DNA from: an uncultured Candidatus Saccharibacteria bacterium
GTDB lineage: Bacteria > Patescibacteriota > Saccharimonadia > Saccharimonadales > UBA4665
DNA length: 64,000 nt
Reading direction: 5' to 3'
NCBI GenBank assembly: GCA_964639505.1
Contig: CAZXDL010000001.1
Location: 78,490-142,489, forward strand
The notes under the pieces were generated by a model. It did no database searches and was not told the origin of the DNA. It saw only the letters and a program-made list of their open reading frames with translations. The translations under genes and the position numbers were made by a program. Below, piece after piece: positions 27,822-37,237 of this stretch. The stretch's first letter is position 1. Each line of letters starts with the position of its first letter.

Positions 27822-28085
27822 ATTAGTACACAATCAAATACGATTTATGACCAAGTCGTACAAGTAACTTCAAGTTACTTAGGCGCTAATGCTGATAGAT
27901 TTGTTGCCCGCCAAGTTGAAAATCATTTGCACAAATCACCGAGTGATTTGTCATGCGAAGACTTAGAAAGCTTAATTGATTGGATGAGTGTCGCAGCGTC
28001 TTTATTAATTGAAGATGAAAAAACGGTTGGGGGATACGCTGAAGCACTGCACAAAATCAGATCTGTTAATATAAAAAAACAATAG
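27822..28085 (+). CDS. Unannotated small ORF upstream of the histidine kinase (start uncertain, possibly ATT)
   Basis: The frame is open 27804-28085 and absent from the ORF track. The translation ...QISTQSNTIYDQVVQVTSSYLGANADRFVARQVENHLHKSPSDLSCEDLESLIDWMSVAASLLIEDEKTVGGYAEALHKIRSVNIKKQ looks protein-like. GGGAG (27809-27813) lies 8 nt before ATT 27822. The first canonical start is TTG 27927. Confidence 0.3.
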   Translation: MSTQSNTIYDQVVQVTSSYLGANADRFVARQVENHLHKSPSDLSCEDLESLIDWMSVAASLLIEDEKTVGGYAEALHKIRSVNIKKQ

Positions 28086-28092
28086 TAAAAAT

Positions 28093-29208
28093 ATGCCGCC
28101 AGATACCGAACCAGTTACTTTATCTAAACCAGAACAAAAGGCCGAGGCTGAGGCATTGTTTAATAGCATTGGCGACGGCGCAATCGCAACTGACGAATTT
28201 GGCAGAATAACAAGAGTAAATCCCGTAGCTCAAGAGCTGCTAGGTTTCACGGAAAGTGAGCTAATTGGATTTTGGTTTCCAAAAAAAGTCGTTGCCGTAA
28301 ACGCTGACGACAGCATAGTTAATTTAATTGACCGTGCGATCACCAAGGCTTTTCTTACTGGCAAACCGGTAGCGGAAAAGGTTTATTACCGACGTAAAAA
28401 TGGCAAACGCATCCCAGTGGCCGTGAATGCCTCACCAATAATATTTAATAACAAACCACTCGGCGCAATCGAAGTATTTCGTGACATTTCATTGGAGGAA
28501 CAGGTTGACCGCATGAAAAGCGAATTCATCTCATTGGCTTCACACCAACTTCGTACACCACTATCAGCAATTAAAACGTACACGCATATGTTGACAGACG
28601 GCTACATGGGGAAGCTCAACGTTGATCAAAAAAAAGCCCTCGGAACCATCGTCACAGCCACAAACCGGATGAACGAATTAATAAGCACCTTGCTGAACAT
28701 TACCCGCATAGAAAGTGGCACAATTGCCTTGACACCGTCAAATATCGACCTAAAAAGCCTTGTTAATGAAATTTTGCCGGAGTTGGATTTAATGGCAACC
28801 CGTAAATCAATTTCTCTAACGTCAAACATGCGACCTAGTTCTAACTTGCAAATCAGAACAGACCCTTTAATAGTGAAGGAGGTTTTGACAAATTTAATTT
28901 CCAACGCGATAAAATATACGCCCGACGGGGGTAAAGTAAAAATTTCACTGTCGGGCCGAGCCAGCGATGTGCTATTTCATGTCAGCGACAGTGGTTGGGG
29001 GATACCAAAAGTGTCGCAGGATCAGGTTTTTAGCAAATTTTTTAGAGCCCAAAACATTGTAAAGAGAGAAACCACCGGCACTGGCTTGGGGCTCTACCTT
29101 GTAAAAGGCTTGCTTGATGAACTAGGTGGCACGATTTGGTTTGATAGTGTGGAGGGAAACGGTACAGATTTTTATTTTACGCTCCCACGTACTAAGGAAA
29201 GGAAATAA
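28093..29208 (+). CDS. PAS-domain sensor histidine kinase (cytoplasmic)
   Basis: N-terminal PAS, H-box SHQLRTPLSAI, N-box LISNAIKYTPDGG, G1 DSGWGI and G2 GTGLGL. No TM segment. Confidence 0.9.
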   Translation: MPPDTEPVTLSKPEQKAEAEALFNSIGDGAIATDEFGRITRVNPVAQELLGFTESELIGFWFPKKVVAVNADDSIVNLIDRAITKAFLTGKPVAEKVYYRRKNGKRIPVAVNASPIIFNNKPLGAIEVFRDISLEEQVDRMKSEFISLASHQLRTPLSAIKTYTHMLTDGYMGKLNVDQKKALGTIVTATNRMNELISTLLNITRIESGTIALTPSNIDLKSLVNEILPELDLMATRKSISLTSNMRPSSNLQIRTDPLIVKEVLTNLISNAIKYTPDGGKVKISLSGRASDVLFHVSDSGWGIPKVSQDQVFSKFFRAQNIVKRETTGTGLGLYLVKGLLDELGGTIWFDSVEGNGTDFYFTLPRTKERK

Positions 29209-29291
29209 CTTTGCAATGTTAAAAATTCTACACGTTTCGACAGCCGAATTATGCTATAAATAAAGATGTAATCTCCCAAAGGAGGCACAAT

Positions 29292-29684
29292 TTGGCACGA
29301 ATTTTAGTGGTTGAAGATGACAAGGATCTAAACAATGCATACAGCTTAATCCTCAAGCATGAAGGCCACGAGGTTGTATCGGTTTTTGACGGCAAAGAGG
29401 CCCTAGCAAAGTTAAAAAAGTTTACTCCAGATCTTGTATTGCTAGATCTTTTAATGCCGGTTATGGGTGGTTTAGAATTTTTGCAATCGTGGGAACACCC
29501 CAGCAAAGGGGATGACATTAAAATATTAATATTTACGAACATGGAAAATTCGCCTGAAGTCAACGAAGCCTATAAGCTCGGCGCTAATCGTTGCATTATC
29601 AAGTCCTGGACCGCGCCCCACAACTTAGCCAAAGTTGTATCAGATACACTTCAGTCCGCTGACGGTGTTAAGACAGCAGCTTAG
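29292..29684 (+). CDS. Single-domain response regulator (CheY-like receiver)
   Basis: ILVVEDD, phospho-acceptor region DLVLLDLLMPVMGG and a KILIFT..K region. AAAGGAGG SD and a TTG start. Confidence 0.85.
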   Translation: MARILVVEDDKDLNNAYSLILKHEGHEVVSVFDGKEALAKLKKFTPDLVLLDLLMPVMGGLEFLQSWEHPSKGDDIKILIFTNMENSPEVNEAYKLGANRCIIKSWTAPHNLAKVVSDTLQSADGVKTAA

Positions 29685-30369
29685 AAGGTTGCAGGTCAGC
29701 AATAAATTGATCGTTTTGAATCTGAAGAAGCTTCTTTAAATTGAGACGATAGGGCACGTGCTTGCCATAATCGACAATTTTTTGCTTCTTGAGCTTGTTA
29801 AGTTCAGTCGCGGCCGTTTCCCGAGTTAACCCAGTTAAATTAGCAAAATCTTGGTGGGTGAGTTCAAGAGTTATTTCGATCTCGCCGTCCTTATTAGCTG
29901 GCTTGCCGTGTGTTAGTGCCAAATAGTGAAGAGTATATACTAATTTGTCACTCGCCCTCGAATGCTGTAAAGCATTTAAACGCAAAGAGCCGCCTAACTG
30001 ATCATTGAGCAGCCGATTTAGTTCCTGATACAACAAATCCGTGCTCTTTTTGATGAACGTTACAAACTCTTCTCGTTCAACCACATAAAGTTCGACCTCA
30101 GCGCTGAATACTTCATAGTAAAAGGTTGCACTTGATACTTTCCCGTATATCCATGTAGCGGGAAATGCGCTGTCTTCAGGATAAAATGCGACCGGCTTTT
30201 CGTCACCGTTTACACTTAAATTGTAGGCTTTGATTGTGCCTGATTTTACGATGTAGGCAGAGCGCGGCACCTCACCCTGAAAAACCACTATTTCGCCTTT
30301 TTTATACTTCTTTATTTGATGACGTTCTAAAAACGCATGAAGATAGTTTATAGCAACTCTGTCAGCCAT
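29668..30369 (-). CDS. Crp/Fnr family transcriptional regulator
   Basis: N-terminal cNMP-binding beta-roll (FQGEVPRSAYIVKSGTIKAY). The C-terminal HTH THQDFANLTGLTRETAATELNKLKKQKIV aligns with the E. coli CRP helix GCSRETVGRILKML. Confidence 0.85.
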   Translation of the reverse strand: MADRVAINYLHAFLERHQIKKYKKGEIVVFQGEVPRSAYIVKSGTIKAYNLSVNGDEKPVAFYPEDSAFPATWIYGKVSSATFYYEVFSAEVELYVVEREEFVTFIKKSTDLLYQELNRLLNDQLGGSLRLNALQHSRASDKLVYTLHYLALTHGKPANKDGEIEITLELTHQDFANLTGLTRETAATELNKLKKQKIVDYGKHVPYRLNLKKLLQIQNDQFIADLQPSKLLS

Positions 30370-30405
30370 ACTCTAGAGAATAACATTCAGTGCTTTAAGT
30401 TGCTA

Positions 30406-31962
30406 CTAGTTTACAGAGGTGCCGGCATTTACTTTAGCCTGATCGCTTCCGAGAACGATGATGAAGTCTGCATCATACAGTGTGCCATATGGGTTTTGGG
30501 TAGTGACATGATTACCAAAAAGTTTTACAAGAGCAGTTTTTGTGCCTGGCTTATGAGAGTTGGATAGATCAATGATTGTGGTTGTTGTTTGCGCGGTGTT
30601 TCCGGCATCACCAATATCTGAAACCGTCATATTCTTAGATTTTAACTGTTTCTGAATTTTACTAGCTAAGCCGAATGACGTTGTGCCATTCAGAACTACG
30701 ATTTTTGCAGACTCTTGCACAACGGGATTAGATGAGGTTTGTTTCTTGAGAAATGCCTGTATGTCGCTGTAGTCGTCAATCCCTGCTGCAGGGATTAGGG
30801 CTGACTGGCCGTTTGGAGATGCGTAACTGGCTAAAAGACTTTCACCGTTATCATCATTAAGGCTTAGCGACTTAATGTTACCCCCACTTATGTTTTTAAG
30901 CAGATCATACAGGCGACGCACCTCATTAATTTTGATATCGGTTTTAACATTATTGCCGATTGCATCCGATAGGCTCGAAAGCTTGGCTGGGTTTGATAAT
31001 ACGCCAGCAGATATTGCTTTGTCTTTGAGCGCCAAAAGCAACTGCCTCTGGTGCTCGGTACGATCAAAATCACTGCCAGCAAAGCCGTAAGAGTTATAAG
31101 CGTCGCCGCGGGCCCGTGCTAAGTCTAATGCCTGTCGTCCATTTAAGTGGTGTGTGCCGTTAGATAACTTAACAAGCGGTCCTTTTGTCGTCCAGTCGAT
31201 GTTTGGGTCATAGAGACCCCGTGGATCATCACTTTTAATTGTAATGTCTACTCCACCGACCGCATCAACTGATTGTCTTAAAGCGGTGTAATTTACAAGT
31301 GCGTAGTAATGAATTGGGATATCAAGCGCTTCACCAATCGTTTGCTCGAGCTGACCCATACCGCCAGTAGGATAGCCATATTCATTGAAATCGTTGGCCT
31401 CACCTGTAACATATACGCTGTTTACTTTTGAATGCCCGTCACCAGGGATTTTTACCCATAAATCTCTAGGGATACTCAGCATAAAAGCTTTATTTGTCTT
31501 TGTATCTATACTTATAAGCATAATTGAGTCGGTCAACTGACCTCCATTATGACCTGCATCGTCGGCAGAGTTGCCAGCTAAAAGAATATTGACGCGACCA
31601 GTGTCTTCACCTTTTAATTTGGTGCTAGAAAAAACACCAAAAATATTACCGCCAAAAATTTTATGAGCATTCCAGGCAAATTTACCGGCAACAAAGCCAC
31701 CGATTAATAAGACCAGCAAAGCCATGACGATAACTGATCGTTTTAAGGTCACTTTTTGGCGAAAGCGTTGCCATCGGCTTCGTTTCACAACGGTCTGGCT
31801 AGTTGTCCGCCTCCGTTTGTCTCGGGGATCGTACTGATAACTGGGGAGGGTCATGCCGACGCCTGGAAATTTATCTGCATTTTGTGCAACTACTGCGTCA
31901 TGACCAGGCCGCTGTGACTTAGCGACCCGTTTAGTTGGAGTACGTCGAGGTGTTTGTGCCAT
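30406..31962 (-). CDS. LytR-CpsA-Psr (LCP) family protein with C-terminal LytR_C-like domain
   Basis: N-terminal basic tail plus a TM helix. NILLAGNSADD, TDSIMLISID and SIPRDLWV motifs. Confidence 0.85.
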   Translation of the reverse strand: MAQTPRRTPTKRVAKSQRPGHDAVVAQNADKFPGVGMTLPSYQYDPRDKRRRTTSQTVVKRSRWQRFRQKVTLKRSVIVMALLVLLIGGFVAGKFAWNAHKIFGGNIFGVFSSTKLKGEDTGRVNILLAGNSADDAGHNGGQLTDSIMLISIDTKTNKAFMLSIPRDLWVKIPGDGHSKVNSVYVTGEANDFNEYGYPTGGMGQLEQTIGEALDIPIHYYALVNYTALRQSVDAVGGVDITIKSDDPRGLYDPNIDWTTKGPLVKLSNGTHHLNGRQALDLARARGDAYNSYGFAGSDFDRTEHQRQLLLALKDKAISAGVLSNPAKLSSLSDAIGNNVKTDIKINEVRRLYDLLKNISGGNIKSLSLNDDNGESLLASYASPNGQSALIPAAGIDDYSDIQAFLKKQTSSNPVVQESAKIVVLNGTTSFGLASKIQKQLKSKNMTVSDIGDAGNTAQTTTTIIDLSNSHKPGTKTALVKLFGNHVTTQNPYGTLYDADFIIVLGSDQAKVNAGTSVN

Positions 31963-32079
31963 TGATATTGCAATCTATTATACATTTTTTTGGCCAATTA
32001 AGCGAAGCTTTTTGACAACATTCTTAAGAGTACTACCCCTGTAGACTAATTTCCGGTATAATACCTTCATACAACACTT

Positions 32080-33036
32080 ATGAAGTTAATTGTCCAGATC
32101 CCATGCCTAAACGAAGAGGCCACTCTGCCTCTCGTTTTAAAATCGATCCCAAAACGCATCCCAGGCATCGATAAGATAGAAGTTTTAATAATCGATGACG
32201 GTTCAACAGACAAGACAGTTACAGTAGCCAAAAAACACGGAGTAAAGCACATTGTTAAGCACGTCGGCAATCAGGGGCTTAGTCGTTCGTTTCATGATGG
32301 TGTTTTAGAGGCTCTCGAGCTGGGAGCGGATATTGTTGTAAATACAGATGGCGACAACCAGTACCCCCAAGAGCGTATAGGTGATCTTGTTCAGCCGATT
32401 TTAAGAGGAGAAGCGGACATCGTTATAGCTGATCGGCAAACCAGTACAATCGCTCATTTCTCTTGGTATAAAAAAATTCTCCAAAAGATTGGCAGTAAGG
32501 TAGTGAACAAAGTCGCCGGCACAGATGTGCCAGACGCCGTCAGCGGTTTCCGCGCATATAGTCGAGATTCATTAATGCGCCTCAACACCATCACTCGTTT
32601 CAGCTACTGTACTGAAACTATTATCCAAGCCGGCAACAAAGGCTTAGCCGTTAAAAGTATTCCGGTAACTACAAATCCAAAACTGCGCGAGTCTCGACTT
32701 TTTAAATCAACATTCGAACATGTACGGAAAAGCGCTATGATTATCATCCGAGCATATATCATGTATAAACCATATATAATATTTGGCTGGCTAGGGGGCA
32801 TTCTGTTAGCGCTGGGCATCGTGCCATTCATCCGGTTTATTGCATTAAGCATTGATGAAGGAACTACACGTGGACACATTCAATCTTTACTGGTCGGCTC
32901 ATTGCTCTTAATTGGAGCTTTTTTGTGTCTTGTGTTAGCCATAATCGCCGAGCTCATCAGGATTAACCGAATATTGATCGAGGACGACCTAGAGCAAAGT
33001 AAGAGGCATCATTTTAAAGCCGACAGACTTAGCTAA
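32080..33036 (+). CDS. GT2 polyprenyl-phosphate glycosyltransferase (GtrB/DPM1-like) with C-terminal TM helices
   Basis: IVQIPCLNEE, IIDDGSTDKT, NTDGDNQYP and two C-terminal hydrophobic helices. TATAAT at 32057-32062. Confidence 0.85.
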   Translation: MKLIVQIPCLNEEATLPLVLKSIPKRIPGIDKIEVLIIDDGSTDKTVTVAKKHGVKHIVKHVGNQGLSRSFHDGVLEALELGADIVVNTDGDNQYPQERIGDLVQPILRGEADIVIADRQTSTIAHFSWYKKILQKIGSKVVNKVAGTDVPDAVSGFRAYSRDSLMRLNTITRFSYCTETIIQAGNKGLAVKSIPVTTNPKLRESRLFKSTFEHVRKSAMIIIRAYIMYKPYIIFGWLGGILLALGIVPFIRFIALSIDEGTTRGHIQSLLVGSLLLIGAFLCLVLAIIAELIRINRILIEDDLEQSKRHHFKADRLS

Positions 33037-34550
33037 TATAAAAATTGAGTTGGCTGGCGATAGCCAGGTGTAATTGGCCCAATGCTATTTTGTACGGCGT
33101 GATTGATGACTTTTATATGCTGATTATGCCAGTACCAGCTATCATTACTTCTCAAAATATATGTCAAGGCGCCACCTCCCCAAGTAAAGCCTAAGATAAT
33201 CAAGCATACTAGGCCGATCTGTAGTTTTGGATAATTTTTGGTTATTTCCTTTACGCCCAGCGCAGACAAAAGGATCATGAATGGCATAACTGGAAGGAGA
33301 TATCTGCCGTTAATAGCAACCGGTCGTGCGGTTTCTATGTACATTGAATAATTTGTTGCGAAAAGCACTAGGAGATAGCCTAGGGTAGTCCCCAATAACA
33401 GCCACAAGGCCGAGTTGTTATATTTTCGCCACACAGTTTTTGCTTTGAGGCATAGCGCAATAAATCCTAGGGTTCCAAAGATAATGCCACTCCATCCAGG
33501 TATCGTCAGCGGGCCACGAGTCTGGAAATCACTAGCTGGTCCGTCAACCGCGAAAAAGCTGCGCAACCACATACCTCTAATCCACTCAAATGCAAAATTA
33601 TTCAGACTGGTTTCGGCGTTACCTTTTTGCTCCTTGAAGTTATAATCCCTAATCCATGGGCCGTAATATTGACAGTGATCGTAATCCAGAACTTCTGCGC
33701 AATCTGGCACTGGCTTATGGTAGCGCAATATATTAACACCATAGCGCTCTATAAATAATCCACCCAATAAAACAATTGCCAATATCATGCTCGCTGCCAC
33801 AATTTTCCCTATTTTTGACCAGCCATGAAGTAAAGCTATTCTTAATTCCTTTATAGTTTGGTATTTACCCTTGAAAAATACGATCGTAAATACAATGATG
33901 GCTATAAAAATCGGCAAAAATGCATATTTTACAATCGATGCGCACAGGCATACTATAATCAGCCAGAGTAGACCTCGCACATCAACATGTTTCTTTGTAG
34001 AGTTTTGCTTTAAGGCTAGGGCGAGGAGCAGCGCAAGACCAGTCAAGGGGATGATGACATTATCGTAGTTTATTTGAGCTGCCAACAGTGGTGTAACGGG
34101 TATCAACACAAATACTAAAAGGCAGAGATTTACAATCTGAGTCGATGCTCCAACTTTAGCTAGGAGACGCCTATATACCACCAGCCCGCCTACAAAAAAC
34201 GTGATATTAATAGCTCTAAGTATCAGTACTTGTGCCATCAAATTAGATGTAACTGCCTCGATTGCCCGATAAGGAAAGCTCATTATGTAGTGGTAGAAAT
34301 AGGAGGGGTCTCGAGCTACGGCGCCAAATGCGTCACCACCCGATGCCTGGCCATCCCAAAAAGGGCTGATATGGTGGGTGTAGATTTTTATCAAGCCGAG
34401 GTGAAAATCCTCGTCAAATGCCATAGGGTAACGTCCAGTGAGGGCGATCCAGCCGGCCTCCAGTATCAGCAACAAGACAATCGCCCAAAAAAACTTATTA
34501 GATCCGACAAACACAAAAAAACGATGTCTTGGGGTAATGTTCTTTTTCAT
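33033..34550 (-). CDS. Polytopic membrane protein, GT-C-like glycosyltransferase candidate
   Basis: 505 aa with more than 10 hydrophobic helices. An acidic first-loop motif YPMAFDEDFH is as expected for GT-C enzymes. Confidence 0.5.
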   Translation of the reverse strand: MKKNITPRHRFFVFVGSNKFFWAIVLLLILEAGWIALTGRYPMAFDEDFHLGLIKIYTHHISPFWDGQASGGDAFGAVARDPSYFYHYIMSFPYRAIEAVTSNLMAQVLILRAINITFFVGGLVVYRRLLAKVGASTQIVNLCLLVFVLIPVTPLLAAQINYDNVIIPLTGLALLLALALKQNSTKKHVDVRGLLWLIIVCLCASIVKYAFLPIFIAIIVFTIVFFKGKYQTIKELRIALLHGWSKIGKIVAASMILAIVLLGGLFIERYGVNILRYHKPVPDCAEVLDYDHCQYYGPWIRDYNFKEQKGNAETSLNNFAFEWIRGMWLRSFFAVDGPASDFQTRGPLTIPGWSGIIFGTLGFIALCLKAKTVWRKYNNSALWLLLGTTLGYLLVLFATNYSMYIETARPVAINGRYLLPVMPFMILLSALGVKEITKNYPKLQIGLVCLIILGFTWGGGALTYILRSNDSWYWHNQHIKVINHAVQNSIGPITPGYRQPTQFLY

Positions 34551-34573
34551 GACAATGATATAACAACAGTATA

Positions 34574-35458
34574 ATGTATAGCATGTTTAAACGTTCAAAG
34601 TGGCGAAGCCTAGCAGCAATCACGATTCTTGTCCTGACTGTAGTAGTCTTTGTCGTCTACTTCGTAAACCATCCGGAGGTTTGGGATGAGCTCGGTCAAA
34701 TACCACGGACAACATTGTTTATTATTTTAGGGCTCTATTTAATTTTTGTTGGGAGTCTTGCATTGGTCAACACTGCAACACTGCGGCTTTGCAGATACAA
34801 GATGAAAGCCAGCGAAAGTCTGCTGCTGACGATGTATTCATCAGTTATTAATTTTTTTGGGCCATTACAAAGCGGTCCGGCGTTTCGAGCCATATATGTA
34901 AACCAAAAACATGGTGTAAAGATTAAAGACTACACGATCGCAAGTTTCGTTTATTACTTCTTTTACGCACTTTTTAGTATTATTTTGCTGTTTTCTGGAG
35001 TGCTTAAGTGGTGGATTACACCCTTCGCAATTGTTTTGCTAGTCGCAATTTTTTATATGAAGTTCAAAAAGAATAAATATCTCGGCCGTCTCAGCCTTCT
35101 TTCCTTGAGCAACTGGCCCTACATGGCGGCCGCCACTTTTGCTCAAATATTTGTATTATTAATGATTTTTTGGATTGAATTGACAGCTGTGTCCCCAGGA
35201 ATACAATTCAGTCAGGTTGCAATTTATACAGGTGCCGCTAACTTGGCATTGTTTGTCTCGTTAACGCCCGGGGCAATCGGCTTCAGGGAAGCATTTTTGG
35301 TTTTTACGCAAAAGCTACACCATATTGATAACGCTACTATCGTTGCTGCTAATACGTTAGACCGCGCAATTTATGTATTAATGCTCTTAATACTAAGCGG
35401 AGTAATCATCATCACGCACGCTGGCAAAAAGTTACGCGTACAGCCAGCTAAAGACTAG
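34574..35458 (+). CDS. UPF0104 / flippase-like membrane protein
   Basis: Polytopic, with the SLTPGAIGFREAFLV motif. Second family member in the window. Confidence 0.65.
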   Translation: MYSMFKRSKWRSLAAITILVLTVVVFVVYFVNHPEVWDELGQIPRTTLFIILGLYLIFVGSLALVNTATLRLCRYKMKASESLLLTMYSSVINFFGPLQSGPAFRAIYVNQKHGVKIKDYTIASFVYYFFYALFSIILLFSGVLKWWITPFAIVLLVAIFYMKFKKNKYLGRLSLLSLSNWPYMAAATFAQIFVLLMIFWIELTAVSPGIQFSQVAIYTGAANLALFVSLTPGAIGFREAFLVFTQKLHHIDNATIVAANTLDRAIYVLMLLILSGVIIITHAGKKLRVQPAKD

Positions 35459-36315
35459 GGCAGGAGCCCGCCAAACGACATCATAACTGATAGCGACAAT
35501 ATAACTATTAAAGAAAACTTGAAGCATTGTTTAGCCCAAAGTGCATCATCAACATTACGATACCCAATCAAAGCAAGCCAAAGCCAAATGAGACTTATTG
35601 GAACCATAATTAATAGATAAGCGACTCCTGTATAGCCAAACAGCGTCAGCATAGAAGTGGCTGCTAAAAATAAAACGATATAGATTAAGATTTGGCGTTT
35701 CGTGGCAGAGATGCCTTTTTTTACTGGCCAGACAGGAAGCCTAGCTGCTTTATAGTCCTTATATCTGTAGATAGCGATCGCATAAAAGTGTGGCATTTGC
35801 CAAGTTACTAGAATCAGGAAAATTAATCCAGCGCCTAGATTCAGTTGGTTGGTTACAGCCGTATAACCGGCCACAGGCGGTAAAGCGCCTGCCACGCTCC
35901 CGACTAATGTCCCATACACCGAACGCCGCTTTGCTATTCCGTACACGACTATGTAGATCAAGTACGCCAGCAATCCGAGGCCTACCGTCAGCCAATTTGT
36001 GTATAGTGCGAGAATTAAAAATCCCGCGAGCCCGAGAAAACCGGAATATATCATGGCAGATTGTGGGCTTATATTGCCGGCAGCCAAGGCACGGTTTTTT
36101 GTCCTGACCATCTTGGAATCAATTTCTCGGTCAATATAATTATTAAAAACACAAGCAGAAGCAATTATTAACGCCGTGCCAGCTAAAGCCCAAAACATCA
36201 ACAAAAAATCAACATCACCTTTAGACGCCAATAAAAACCCTGCCGTGGTGTTGATTATGTTTCCATAAACGATTCCCGGCTTAGTCAGTTGATAATATGT
36301 AGTAAACCGGCTTAT
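35455..36315 (-). CDS. cyoE: Protoheme IX farnesyltransferase (heme O synthase); start non-canonical
   Basis: [20 protein letters not shown] and [20 protein letters not shown]. The conserved N-terminal segment [27 protein letters not shown] is encoded upstream of the track start (TTG 36231). There is no ATG/GTG/TTG between the upstream in-frame stop (36346-36348) and 36231. ATA 36315-36313 with GAGGGA 8 nt upstream is the best candidate. Confidence 0.85.
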   Translation of the reverse strand: [286 protein letters not shown]

Positions 36316-36671
36316 TGGGGGTATCCCTCGTCTTGGATTATATATTTATCAGAGGACTTCACTGTGTCGGCGTGGTGGTAATTGAGGTTATTCATAATCC
36401 ATAGCGAGCCAAAAATTAGAATCACAACAACCATAGTCATAAACCAAAACACAACTTGCTTCCAGCGCGGTCGAGACTCACGACCTAAATGAAGGAAAAA
36501 TATCATTTGTATAAAAAATTGGATTAAAGCGAGCCAGCCAATCCAAAGCAAGAGGGCATTGCCGTTAAAACTATGATTTACAACAGAAAAATATGCCAGC
36601 AAGGTTAGACTGACACAAATTACAAAACCCGTAGTGTAGGCTCTTAAGGTGTATCCGTCATTTTGCTTCAT
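36312..36671 (-). CDS. cyoD: Cytochrome o ubiquinol oxidase subunit IV
   Basis: 119 aa with three hydrophobic helices. Its position between cyoC and cyoE supports the call. Confidence 0.8.
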   Translation of the reverse strand: MKQNDGYTLRAYTTGFVICVSLTLLAYFSVVNHSFNGNALLLWIGWLALIQFFIQMIFFLHLGRESRPRWKQVVFWFMTMVVVILIFGSLWIMNNLNYHHADTVKSSDKYIIQDEGYPQ

Positions 36672-37237
36672 GCCGCCCCCATAAGATATACAATACTAAA
36701 GATAAATATCCAGACTACATCTAAGAAGTGCCAAAAAATACTGAGTAGAGTTAAGCGTCGATAATTAGCGGCGGTGAGACCATAATTAAAGACCCTAATC
36801 ATCATCACTGCCATCCAAATCAGACCTGCCGTGATGTGTAGGCCGTGTGTGCCGACTAGCGTAAAGAAAGCTGATAAGAATCCGCTTCGACGCCAGCTGT
36901 TACCCTCCTGAACGAGGTTATTGAATTCGGTTAATTCAAGAGATAAAAACGCGATGCCTAATAAAAATGTTATGGCCAGCCATATCAGCACATGGCTGCG
37001 TCGGTTTTGTCGAGCCGCGAGAATCGCCAAACCACAAGTAAAGCTACTAACAAGCAGTATTAAAGTCTCAGCAAGTACGAATGGCAGGCTAAACAACTCG
37101 CTGCCTGGTTCGCCGCCAAAGTTGTTATTACGTAGTACTGCGAAAGTTGCAAACAACGTCGCGAACAATACACAATCGGTCATTATATAGACCCAGAATC
37201 CAAAAACGGTTTTTTCGTCGGATTCTTTAAGGTTCAT
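36668..37237 (-). CDS. cyoC: Cytochrome o ubiquinol oxidase subunit III
   Basis: FGFWVYIMTDCVLFATLFA, GTHGLHITAG and WHFLDVVWIF motifs. Confidence 0.9.
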   Translation of the reverse strand: MNLKESDEKTVFGFWVYIMTDCVLFATLFATFAVLRNNNFGGEPGSELFSLPFVLAETLILLVSSFTCGLAILAARQNRRSHVLIWLAITFLLGIAFLSLELTEFNNLVQEGNSWRRSGFLSAFFTLVGTHGLHITAGLIWMAVMMIRVFNYGLTAANYRRLTLLSIFWHFLDVVWIFIFSIVYLMGAA

